From positions 14,893 to 78,892 of the forward strand of contig JAZDJQ010000004.1 in the NCBI GenBank assembly GCA_043803765.1: 64,000 bases of DNA, in the 5' to 3' direction. Position numbers and translations under genes: made by a program. This stretch comes from Candidatus Iainarchaeum sp. GTDB lineage: Archaea; Iainarchaeota; Iainarchaeia; Iainarchaeales; VGJJ01. This document shows positions 55,404-64,000 of this stretch, in pieces (the first letter of the stretch is position 1; each line of letters begins with the position of its first letter). A model generated the notes under the pieces. That model searched no databases. It was not told the DNA's origin and saw only the letters and a program-made list of their open reading frames with translations.

Positions 55404-56423
55404 ATGGATACGCAACTGCATCTGGATGAGTTACTAAATGAAGTCATGCAACGCAAACCCAAAATGGTTTTGCTGCAAGTACCGGAAGGACTAAAGAACA
55501 ACATCGTAGCATTGGAAGAAGCATTCAGGGAAAAAAAAATTCAAACCATTAGCGTGTTAGACCCTTCTTTTGGAGCATGCGACATTGCCGATTACAAAGC
55601 ACAATTGTTAGGGTGTGATTTGCTCATACACTTTGGACATAGCAAAATGCTCCACACCGGAATGAATGTAATCTATTGGCCAGTAGAATACGCATTAGAT
55701 GAAAAAATGATTCACGGATGCGTGGAAGCATTAGAAAAAGAGCCCTTTTTCAATAAACATAAACGAATAGGAGTATACACCACGATTCAATTTCATCGGC
55801 ACCTTCCAAGAATAAAAGAAGAAATGGAAAAGAAAGGATTTCACGCATTTATAGGAAAGGGAGATTTGAAAGACGGGCAAATACTGGGATGCGATGTCTC
55901 TGCAAGAAGGGAAATTGAAGAGAAAGTGGATGCAAATATGTATTTTGGAGACGGGTATTTCCACGCACTCGCCATCGCATTTGCAACCAATAAACCAACC
56001 TACCAATACAATCCGTTCACGCTTAAAATAGAGAATTTGGAGAAACACAAAGAAAACTATTTACGCCAGCGATTTGGAATGATTGCCAAAGCAAAAGATG
56101 CGAAAACATTTGCTATTATTTTATGCACCAAAAAAGGACAACTGCGGAAAGCGCTTGCAATGAAAATGAAAGACATGCTGGAAAAAGAAGGAAAAAAAGC
56201 AATTTTAGTAAGCATGGAATACGTAAACCCAAACGGATTAATGGGAATAAAAGTGGATGCGTATGTGAATACAGCATGCACGCGAATCGCAACGGATGAA
56301 TTTGAATTGTACACGAAACCCATTCTTACACCTGTTGAAGTGGAAATACTTCTAGGAAAACGGGGTGCGGAAAATTATGTGTTTGATGAGATTAAACACA
56401 CAGGAAATACGCACGTAGAGTAA
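55404..56423 (+). CDS. dph2: Diphthamide biosynthesis enzyme Dph2
   Basis: LQVPEGLK, FGACD, HFGHS, GQILGC, KKGQ, NTACTRI. Confidence 0.95.
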   Translation: MDTQLHLDELLNEVMQRKPKMVLLQVPEGLKNNIVALEEAFREKKIQTISVLDPSFGACDIADYKAQLLGCDLLIHFGHSKMLHTGMNVIYWPVEYALDEKMIHGCVEALEKEPFFNKHKRIGVYTTIQFHRHLPRIKEEMEKKGFHAFIGKGDLKDGQILGCDVSARREIEEKVDANMYFGDGYFHALAIAFATNKPTYQYNPFTLKIENLEKHKENYLRQRFGMIAKAKDAKTFAIILCTKKGQLRKALAMKMKDMLEKEGKKAILVSMEYVNPNGLMGIKVDAYVNTACTRIATDEFELYTKPILTPVEVEILLGKRGAENYVFDEIKHTGNTHVE

Positions 56424-56428
56424 GAGAA

Positions 56429-57316
56429 CTATTCCTCTTTTTCAGAATCAGAAGGAACATCCTTTTCTTCCAATGAGGGGAATTTCTTTTCAGGAGTAGA
56501 AATAAAAGTTCCTATTTCAGAAGGATTCACCAGTACATCTACCAATTTTCCAACGGTTCTTTCAGGAAGAAGGAATGACTCCACGCGAGAGCGGTGCAAA
56601 ATCATCGCGGTGAGCGGATCCACGATAAAAGACTGATTATTTTTGAAAGCAGCATCTCCGGCCATACGAGAAAAACGAGAATGAGTAATCGTATTCGTAG
56701 GAATATCCAAATCGGTAAAAAGAACATATTTAGCACTCAAATTTTCAGCCAGCATCGCGGCCCGCGCTTCCGTGGAAACTGTATCCTTGCTTCCAAGCAT
56801 CACCGGAACTTTTCCCTGATGAAGAAGAGAAACGGTTTCATCCAAAGAATGACAAACCGAAGGATGAGCCTGGGCGAGCAGACGCAAAACAAGAGAGGCA
56901 TACAAGTGAGACGAGGCACGAGTGGCATCCTCGATATCCATGGATGAAACACCCAATTGCCTTGCCGCATGGGCCGCCGAACGAATATCATGGGATTCTC
57001 CTATCACTAATGCTACGGAATGCCCCTTTTCCCTCAACTGTTCTACTGAATGAGATAGTTGGGTCAGCCAGGACAATTGAAAAGCATGCTTCTTGAATAT
57101 TAACATGCCTGGAATGCATAATACGACGGCATTCGCAAGAGGCGTTTTAGCAGAAGGAGCAAGGGTAGAAGTAGGAGGAGAAAAAGAATCAAGCAGAGGG
57201 GAATGATCGGCATCCGATTCCTCGTTTTGAGAAGATGGAATTGGCGGACTATCCTGTTGGGGGGCTTCGGGGTCGTTTTTTTCATCGGATTCCCGGAATA
57301 AATCAAACATGTCCAT
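56429..57316 (-). CDS. Degenerate UMP-kinase (amino-acid kinase fold) paralogue
   Basis: Layout matches archaeal PyrH (VALVIG, AARQLG, STEARAAMLAE, IVDPLTAMILHRS) but GGS/GGG motifs are lost; acidic N-terminal extension. Confidence 0.6.
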   Translation of the reverse strand: MDMFDLFRESDEKNDPEAPQQDSPPIPSSQNEESDADHSPLLDSFSPPTSTLAPSAKTPLANAVVLCIPGMLIFKKHAFQLSWLTQLSHSVEQLREKGHSVALVIGESHDIRSAAHAARQLGVSSMDIEDATRASSHLYASLVLRLLAQAHPSVCHSLDETVSLLHQGKVPVMLGSKDTVSTEARAAMLAENLSAKYVLFTDLDIPTNTITHSRFSRMAGDAAFKNNQSFIVDPLTAMILHRSRVESFLLPERTVGKLVDVLVNPSEIGTFISTPEKKFPSLEEKDVPSDSEKEE

Positions 57317-57403
57317 GGTGGACCCACCCAAAATGACAGCTGCTACACCGCCCATTCTTGATAATGCACCCCGATATAAAAACCTGCCCTCCCCATCCAT
57401 AGT

Positions 57404-58655
57404 ATGGCCAAAGAGACCATTATAGAAGCCGATTCGGCAGAACACGCATTGTTCAAAAAGAAACTGAAAGAGCTGTCCGGCTACAAAGGAAGAGGAACTG
57501 AACTGATTTCAGTGTATATTCCTCATGGAACAGACAGGGGAAGCGTGATGAACCAGCTTGCTACGGAAATGGGGCAATCGGGAAACATCAAATCCCCGCA
57601 AACAAGGAAAAACGTCCAAAGCGCACTCAAAAAAATATCCAATTATCTCAAGCAGATTAATTTTAGTATTCCCGAAACAGGAATGGCCGTGTTTGCAGGA
57701 AATATTTCCCCACAAGAAGGAAGAACGGACTTGCGACTTTTCACGATTAAAGCACTCAAACCACTACGAACAAAACTCTATTGGTGCGATTCGTCTTTTC
57801 ATTTAGACCCGTTGCAGGAAATGATGGTGCCAAATGATGTGTATGCATTTATTGTAATGGACAAAAGAGAAGCAACCATTGCACTGCTCGTGGGAAAAAG
57901 ATATGAAGTGATTGGACACTTCACAAGCAATGTGGCGGGAAAATTCAGGGCAGGGGGACAAAGTGCACAACGATTTGAACATTTGAGGGAAGAAGCAGCG
58001 AATGATTTTTACAAAAGCGTTTCAGGCAAGATTAATTCAGCATTGGAAGGGAAATGGGACAAACTGCGCGGAGTGATAGTAGGGGGACCTGGACAAACGA
58101 AGAAGGACTTTTTAGAAATGGAGGCACTCGATTATAGGATTAGAGAAAAAGTATTAGGAACGATTGATTTGTCGTATACGGACGAATCGGGAATAAGGGA
58201 AATTATTCAAAGAAGCGATGACTTATTACGAAACACGTCGCTCATGCAGGAAAAAAAAAATCATTGAAAAATTCATGTTTGAAATAGCCAAAGACGGATT
58301 GGCAGCCTATGGACAAATCGAAGTAGAGGATGCATTAGAACGAGGGCAGATTAGCCTATTACTTATTTCAGAAGGAATCAATTGGCGAATCATCAAAGTA
58401 AAATGCACGAGTTGCGAAAAAGAAAAAGTCTTTACGATTAAGGATTCCAAACAAGAATTCGACGATACGAAAATAAAATGCGAAAAATGCCAATCCCCCG
58501 TGGAAGAAGTAGAGGAAACAGACTACTTGGATCATTTGCTCGAAAAGGCCCATGCGGCAGGAACGGAAACAGTCGTTATTTCAATGGATTCGGAAGAAGG
58601 AAGCCAGTTTTTCCACTCATTCGGGGGAATAGGAGCAATGCTGCGATATAAATAA
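57404..58655 (+). CDS. prf1: Peptide chain release factor aRF1, interrupted by a +1 frameshift at A10 (58251-58260)
   Basis: NIKS, YWCDSSF and GGQ in the first frame; C domain (FHSFGGIGAMLRYK) in the second; A9 gives MQEKKIIEKF. Confidence 0.93.
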
Positions 58656-58674
58656 CAGTATCAGCAACTAGATA

Positions 58675-59082
58675 GTGCTTATGAACAATAATTCGGCAAA
58701 AGATCCGGCTGGACATCTTAAGCTGTCCGTGAGCGATCTTGAAAGAAGCAAAGCATTCTATTCCCGATTATTTGAATTATTGAAATTTATCCAAATAGCC
58801 AATAAAGAAAAAAGTGCGGGATGGGTAACGACTGAAGGATTTGGCATTTGGATAACGCAAGCCGAATTCATGACGCACCAACACGTGTTCAAGGCAACCG
58901 GTTTTCACCACCTTTGCCTTAAAGCGAATTCGGAAAAAGAGGTGGATGCAATTTATGAGGGAATAAAAAATGAAGCAAGGATCTTTGCACCACCTGCAAA
59001 GCACCCAAAATATACGGAAAAATACTATGCATTCACCTTCGCTGACCTCGACGGAATGAAACTAGAAGTGGCATATTACTAG
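58675..59082 (+). CDS. VOC/glyoxalase family protein
   Basis: GHLKLSVSDLERSKAFY, HHLCL, FADLDGMKLEV. Confidence 0.85.
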   Translation: MLMNNNSAKDPAGHLKLSVSDLERSKAFYSRLFELLKFIQIANKEKSAGWVTTEGFGIWITQAEFMTHQHVFKATGFHHLCLKANSEKEVDAIYEGIKNEARIFAPPAKHPKYTEKYYAFTFADLDGMKLEVAYY

Positions 59083-59144
59083 GTTTCGAATCGACCAAAA
59101 ATTCAACATAGTTTTTTATTCGTGAATGCAGATAGTAAAAAACG

Positions 59145-59547
59145 ATGAACCGACTTCAAGAGATAGTAGCAACAGGAGTGACCGTTTTCGGAATTTCTAT
59201 TAGTCAGTCACCTCTCTTGATTTTCTCAAACGTCACCGTTGGAATGGTGGGCATCGTTCTGTTTGTTTTCGGCGTCATCGGGATGATCTTTGATGACATT
59301 AAGCAATTCTTTGACCTTGCGGCATAATAAATACGTTGCGTACGTCCAGATATGGGCAGCGTTTTGCTTGGCAATTCTAGCAAGCGAGTTCTTCAACTTT
59401 CTTGAAATTCGAACAAACATCGCCCAATTTTTCATCTTGAACAATTTTCTTGCGGCAATGATACTGGGCATCATAGGATACATGTACTTCCGCTCGCAAC
59501 TCCACACCATCGAACGATTAGCACGCTCACCCCATGTTCGAATTTGA
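59145..59547 (+). CDS. Small membrane protein(s): two overlapping ORFs, possibly one frameshifted gene
   Basis: Hydrophobic ORFs 59145-59327 and 59290-59547 join if one C is removed at gacc (about 59315). Confidence 0.35.
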
Positions 59548-59588
59548 ACATAGTAGGGGACTAAAAACAAACCCCTCCCTTTTGATGT

Positions 59589-60833
59589 ATGGGAACCCCC
59601 TATTTCACGAAAACAAGCCCATTAGGAGGAGAAATAAAACGAAGAATCGAAGACTTTCAAGTGGAAGAAATCATTGAAAATGGGACTGTTTGTTCGATTG
59701 AACAATTAAACCAAAATCCTCCCCCACGCATAACGATGGACGTTCCAACGAATCCTAATCCAATCAAAATGGATCAACTGCATGTACGAATGGAAAAATT
59801 CAATGTGGAAACAACGTTTGCCATCCGCATGCTCACAAGAGGAATATCCACGAGCGTAAAACGAATCGGATATGCAGGATTGAAGGATAAGCGAGGAGTA
59901 ACCTGCCAACGCATCTCATTATGGAAACCGGACGTAGAGAAACTAAAACGATTCAGCGTGCGGGGAATCGCATTCCATCATGCGGAATGGTCAGATAAAC
60001 GAATTGATTTAGGCGATCTGCGAGGAAACAAGTTTACGATTGTGATACGAAATATTGATTTGCCTGAGGAGGAAATTCGTGAAATTATCCAAGAGTTTGG
60101 AAGAGAATTAGTACAAGGAATACCTAATTATTATGGAGAACAACGATTCGGTGGATTCAGGAATGTAACGCATGTAGTGGGAAAACTATTATTGGAAGGA
60201 AAAATAGAAGAAGCCGTGATAACGTATTTGGGAAAAGCAAGCGAGGGAGAAGAGGAAGAAATTGCACGTGAACGGAAAAATGTATTTGAAACGAGAGATT
60301 TTGGGAGAGCGTTGAAGGAATTCCCAGACAAAATGCATTTTGAGAAAGCCATGCTCAATCACCTCGTAAGAGAACCCGCTGATTTTGCAGGAGCATTCCA
60401 ACAATTGCCAAAAAAAACAAGGTATTTGTTCACGCACGCATACCAGAGCCACGTGTTCAACCAAATCATTGCTGCGCGCGTAGCGAGAGGATTGTTTTAC
60501 CCCATGGAAGGAGACATTCTAGAGAAAGGCATTCCTACGGCATTGCTCCCGGGAAGCGAGGCGAAAAAAGCTAAAGGAATACCGGGAGAAATAGAGGAAG
60601 AAATACTCAAAAAAGAAGGAGTGGACGCCCGTTTTTTCACGAATCAAAAATTGGGGGAATTATCTAGTTGGGGAGCACGAAAACCTATTGTATTGCATGT
60701 GCATGACTTTCGATTGGAAAAAATAGAAGACGATGCGTTTTTTGAAGGAAAAAAATGCGCAAAAGTCTCTTTTTGGTTAGACAAGGGAGCATACGCTACC
60801 ACCGTAATGCGGGAATTGATGAAGGAAAAATAA
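59589..60833 (+). CDS. truD: tRNA pseudouridine(13) synthase
   Basis: EDFQVEE, YAGLKDKRGVT.Q, GNKF, PNYYGEQRFG, AYQS, GAYAT. Confidence 0.97.
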   Translation: MGTPYFTKTSPLGGEIKRRIEDFQVEEIIENGTVCSIEQLNQNPPPRITMDVPTNPNPIKMDQLHVRMEKFNVETTFAIRMLTRGISTSVKRIGYAGLKDKRGVTCQRISLWKPDVEKLKRFSVRGIAFHHAEWSDKRIDLGDLRGNKFTIVIRNIDLPEEEIREIIQEFGRELVQGIPNYYGEQRFGGFRNVTHVVGKLLLEGKIEEAVITYLGKASEGEEEEIARERKNVFETRDFGRALKEFPDKMHFEKAMLNHLVREPADFAGAFQQLPKKTRYLFTHAYQSHVFNQIIAARVARGLFYPMEGDILEKGIPTALLPGSEAKKAKGIPGEIEEEILKKEGVDARFFTNQKLGELSSWGARKPIVLHVHDFRLEKIEDDAFFEGKKCAKVSFWLDKGAYATTVMRELMKEK

Positions 60834-60871
60834 AAAAAATAATGGGTGGAGAAAAAAGGAAAACATTCCAT

Positions 60872-61525
60872 TTATTTTTGAATCGAACCAGCGGTTTGAT
60901 TAACTAATCCAATAAGATCAGGAGCATCCGCATAGAGGGAGCGCATCAAAAGAAAATTAACCCCCGGAATATCGGACTCAAGAACGGGAAAAATGGTAAT
61001 AGTAGTAGGAGTAACCTCCACTAATGGTTGCTTCCGTTCAGCATCGGGAAAAGCAATACGAATCGTTATCGCGTTTGTAGTATGAAGAAGCGCATTGCAT
61101 TCTTCTAAAGAAATAAATTCACTCTCTTTGCCCGTACCAAAATCGGTTTGACAACCTATCCAATTTCCATCAACGGTATCATACACACGCAGAATAGTTT
61201 GAGTCAGTTTCTGATGCCCGCCTAAAACGATTTGCTGCTGAATCAACGCATCGGCTACTTCCTTATTGAGCGAAGCAGAACCCTTTAATCCAACAGGAGA
61301 AAGAACAAAACTATTTTTCTGTGCGATCGTAGCAAGGATAACGGATGGAATGGCATCATTGGAAGCAAAAATAATTCCCTGCTGTGACTCGGTATGGGAA
61401 TACGAATTCTCAAAAAAAGAATCCCACAAATCGGAAGGACTCGTCTGAGTAACAGAAAAATAAAACGCCAGAGCGAAAAGAAGAACAAAAAGAAAATAGA
61501 GAGGAGCATTACGCATACTAGTCAA
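60872..61525 (-). CDS. Hypothetical membrane-anchored protein
   Basis: N-terminal hydrophobic helix YFLFVLLFALAFYF. Confidence 0.6.
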   Translation of the reverse strand: MTSMRNAPLYFLFVLLFALAFYFSVTQTSPSDLWDSFFENSYSHTESQQGIIFASNDAIPSVILATIAQKNSFVLSPVGLKGSASLNKEVADALIQQQIVLGGHQKLTQTILRVYDTVDGNWIGCQTDFGTGKESEFISLEECNALLHTTNAITIRIAFPDAERKQPLVEVTPTTITIFPVLESDIPGVNFLLMRSLYADAPDLIGLVNQTAGSIQK

Positions 61526-61600
61526 CTAATAAGAAAAAAGCATTAAAAGCGTCCTGTTAGGAAAGGAAAAGAAAAATCGAAAACCAAAAAAAAGGAAAAG

Positions 61601-61621
61601 GGGGGAGGAAAAACCTCCCCC
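61601..61621 (-). terminator. Hairpin plus U-tract terminator after the S-layer gene
   Basis: gggggagg-aaaaa-cctccccc; the minus strand continues cttttcctttttttt. Confidence 0.65.
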
Positions 61622-61648
61622 TTCCATAATTGTTTCCAGGCTTAGCCG

Positions 61649-64000
61649 TTACATGCCGTCCAAGGCCGAGATAAGGTCTTGGGCTGCAGCACCGGTGTCC
61701 GTTGCAGTGTATCCGGCTACAATGATGTTGCCGCTGTACACTCCCGATACCATGTCACCCGATTGATTCAATTCGTCCGCCACTTCGCTGGCAAGCGAGT
61801 TAACCAATGGTCCGCCCACAATAATCTTGGGGCCGGGAACAGAAGAGTCCGTCGTATAGATTTGTGCTTTCCCGTTCAAGGGAGCCATCGTCGTATACGT
61901 GAACGCCGTTCCGTTCGTGACAACCGTGGAACCGTCTGAGATTCCAGCCGTGTAGGTGATATCCTTCACCGCTACGGAAGTACCTGTTGAGAACGTTCCT
62001 GTTTCTCCTTCAGCTACCGTTAGCTCTTCTCCGCCTTCTACTGTCGTGGTTGAGCTGGCGCCCGTCACGATGAACTCGACTTGAGGTCGGTTCTCGGGAA
62101 TCCATAATTCAACCGTTTTGTGATCGGCGATCGAAATCTTCGTACCGAAGTCCGTGAAGGCCTTCTCGATGTCGTCGCTATCCTCAAACTTCAAGGACAA
62201 CGTCGTACCACCGATACCACTACCGTTCCAACCGTAGTTCACATCCGAAGTAGGAACGGCGATATCGTCGTCAATCGTGTCGGAAATGTCGAACGTCTGG
62301 TTGTCGATGTAGAATCGAATCGGATACTCCGTTCCACCGTTCTCGTCGACCTGGAAGGTTGAAGCGTAGACTGTCGTGCTACCGTCATCCTGTCCGAGTT
62401 CGTCGATCTGCGGGAAGAAAAAGTTCTTATCGACCGTTCCGTCTTCTGCCGTGTCCGTTCCAACAAACGATAACCGCTTGCTGTTCTGGAGCGTGGAGTT
62501 GTACGGGATGGTGACTCCATTACCTGTCGTGTCGGGGTTGGTAATATCTCCGGCCAACATGAAGTACAGTCCCTCATCCGCGGTCTCTTCCACGAAGTAG
62601 GAATAGGCGACCGTGTAGTTGTCTCCGCTCAAGGGAAGCAACATAGGGGCCATGGATACTCCAATCGTGGTTCCGCTGTGATTGGCGTCGTCGTAGAAGA
62701 AGACACCTGCCAAGTTGGCTGTTGTGGTTCCTCCAGTAACACCTGTCACATTGGACAATCCGCCCAATCCTTGAACCAAGTCAGACGTAGACACTGAGCT
62801 GGTCAATTCTGCGTCCGCGATTCGAACATATCCGTCGGCTGTCAACGTGACACCGCTCGCACCGTTGCCATCATCATCGGCAATCGAATAGGTGACTCCG
62901 CTGATGGTGACTGTGCTGGCTCCGGCATTCACATCACGCGTACCGTTGTCGGTCCAGATTCGTCCGCTTCCTAATACAACTGCAACACCGTTCAACAGCG
63001 TTCCATTGACAACGTTGAAGTCCTGGCTGGTCGTGTTAATATCCCACCACAAACTCTGCGACTCGTCGAACGTGAAGTCCGAACCATCACTGGTAGCGGT
63101 CTTTGCAGCTTGGTCGACATCCTCGCGAACGAACCACATGGGGATCGTGTGCGTGGAATCCTGCACGTCGCGAAACGTGATTTCATTGTTCCCGACTTGA
63201 ACGTAGGTCATCTCTTCGTCGTTCTCGAACCCATTGAAGGTGATCTTGAAGAAGTCTTCACCCAAGGCTCCGGTTCCATCCAAAAAGCTGAACTCGTAGG
63301 GGCCGTCTTCTCCGGCTTCCGTCAAGACGCTGTTATTGGAATACAAGGGGTTGTCGTCGTCGAAAATCGAGTCGCCGTATGTCGCGATCAATTCTCCAGC
63401 AGCCGAATCCTCATCGTCGTCCATGGCCTGATTAGAGATAACCACCGAAGTCAAGCGGTTCGTTGTGGCTGTCTCATTCAACGTCACCACGTAGGGCCCG
63501 TCGATGTTCTCTTCGTCTGCGTCTTCGCTATACGGATAATTCTGTCCGTCCAACAATCGCACCGAGGAGGTTCCGACTAATACATCAACCGTTCCTTCGT
63601 TGGTTCCCGTGTTCACCGAGGCGGAATCCACGTAAATGTCTCCATTCACCACTTCGTCGCCATTGTCATCTTCGAAGTCAATGAAGGCACCTGCTGCCGT
63701 CGTCTGTGTGTCGACCATGTTTCCGGCTTCGTCGGTCAAGTTGAACTTGGCCTGGTACGAAGTGGTAGCGGGTCCGGTCGCGACAATTGAAACAACCGTC
63801 ACCGTGAGGGTCTGTCCGGTATAGGCTCCCTTTCCTGCCATCGTGAAGGACTCTCCCGCCACGAATGTCTGCTTGGCCTTATCTTCGATCAATCGCAGTT
63901 CGGTCACCGAATTAGTGTCCGTCTGGTCAACCGTCTGGACCAAGAAGGTCTTTCCGAAGAAAGGAATACGGATATTATCATCGGAGTCATCGGAAAAGTC
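61649..64000 (-). CDS. S-layer protein (5'-partial)
   Basis: Frame open to window edge; D/T/G-rich; C-terminal IIVGGPLVNSLA..IIVAGYTATDT S-layer motif; GC-richer codon usage. Confidence 0.8.
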   Translation of the reverse strand, partial: DFSDDSDDNIRIPFFGKTFLVQTVDQTDTNSVTELRLIEDKAKQTFVAGESFTMAGKGAYTGQTLTVTVVSIVATGPATTSYQAKFNLTDEAGNMVDTQTTAAGAFIDFEDDNGDEVVNGDIYVDSASVNTGTNEGTVDVLVGTSSVRLLDGQNYPYSEDADEENIDGPYVVTLNETATTNRLTSVVISNQAMDDDEDSAAGELIATYGDSIFDDDNPLYSNNSVLTEAGEDGPYEFSFLDGTGALGEDFFKITFNGFENDEEMTYVQVGNNEITFRDVQDSTHTIPMWFVREDVDQAAKTATSDGSDFTFDESQSLWWDINTTSQDFNVVNGTLLNGVAVVLGSGRIWTDNGTRDVNAGASTVTISGVTYSIADDDGNGASGVTLTADGYVRIADAELTSSVSTSDLVQGLGGLSNVTGVTGGTTTANLAGVFFYDDANHSGTTIGVSMAPMLLPLSGDNYTVAYSYFVEETADEGLYFMLAGDITNPDTTGNGVTIPYNSTLQNSKRLSFVGTDTAEDGTVDKNFFFPQIDELGQDDGSTTVYASTFQVDENGGTEYPIRFYIDNQTFDISDTIDDDIAVPTSDVNYGWNGSGIGGTTLSLKFEDSDDIEKAFTDFGTKISIADHKTVELWIPENRPQVEFIVTGASSTTTVEGGEELTVAEGETGTFSTGTSVAVKDITYTAGISDGSTVVTNGTAFTYTTMAPLNGKAQIYTTDSSVPGPKIIVGGPLVNSLASEVADELNQSGDMVSGVYSGNIIVAGYTATDTGAAAQDLISALDGM

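Noticed and set aside
1-64000. CRISPR array, rRNA, SRP RNA or RNase P RNA
   Set aside because: No regularly spaced repeats or diagnostic conserved RNA motifs were seen

Overview
Archaeal chromosomal DNA. The gene content and style point to a DPANN-type archaeon, most resembling Ca. Iainarchaeota/Diapherotrites (inference, not searched). Housekeeping content: the conserved exosome/proteasome/RNase P superoperon (eL15 to DHH, 12011-20445), MCM with a 586-aa intein, the aIF2b-aIF1A-RIO1-KH-topo VI cluster, aIF5A, MetRS, uL16, Dph2, aRF1, TruD, a partial S-layer gene and three tRNAs (Val-GAC, Ala-GGC, Cys-GCA). Accessory content: a KaiC/FIST/roadblock/V4R/geranylgeranyl-reductase-like locus, AbiE and VapBC toxin-antitoxin pairs, and an IS200/IS605-like end remnant. 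The most striking observation is an orphan gene (21639-22301) whose product has recognisable bacterial sigma70 region-2 and region-4 motifs behind an Arg/Pro-rich leader, although archaea do not use sigma factors; two other orphans share such basic leaders. Other notable items: a 57-nt mini-tRNA-Ala-like duplicate keeping G3:U70, an RGG-rich tail on exosome Rrp4, a catalytically degenerate UMP-kinase paralogue, an extra HTH insertion in the MCM intein, and several single-base frameshifts in homopolymers (aRF1, AbiE antitoxin) that are probably sequencing errors. No rRNA or CRISPR array was seen. All family calls come from motif recognition, not database searches.
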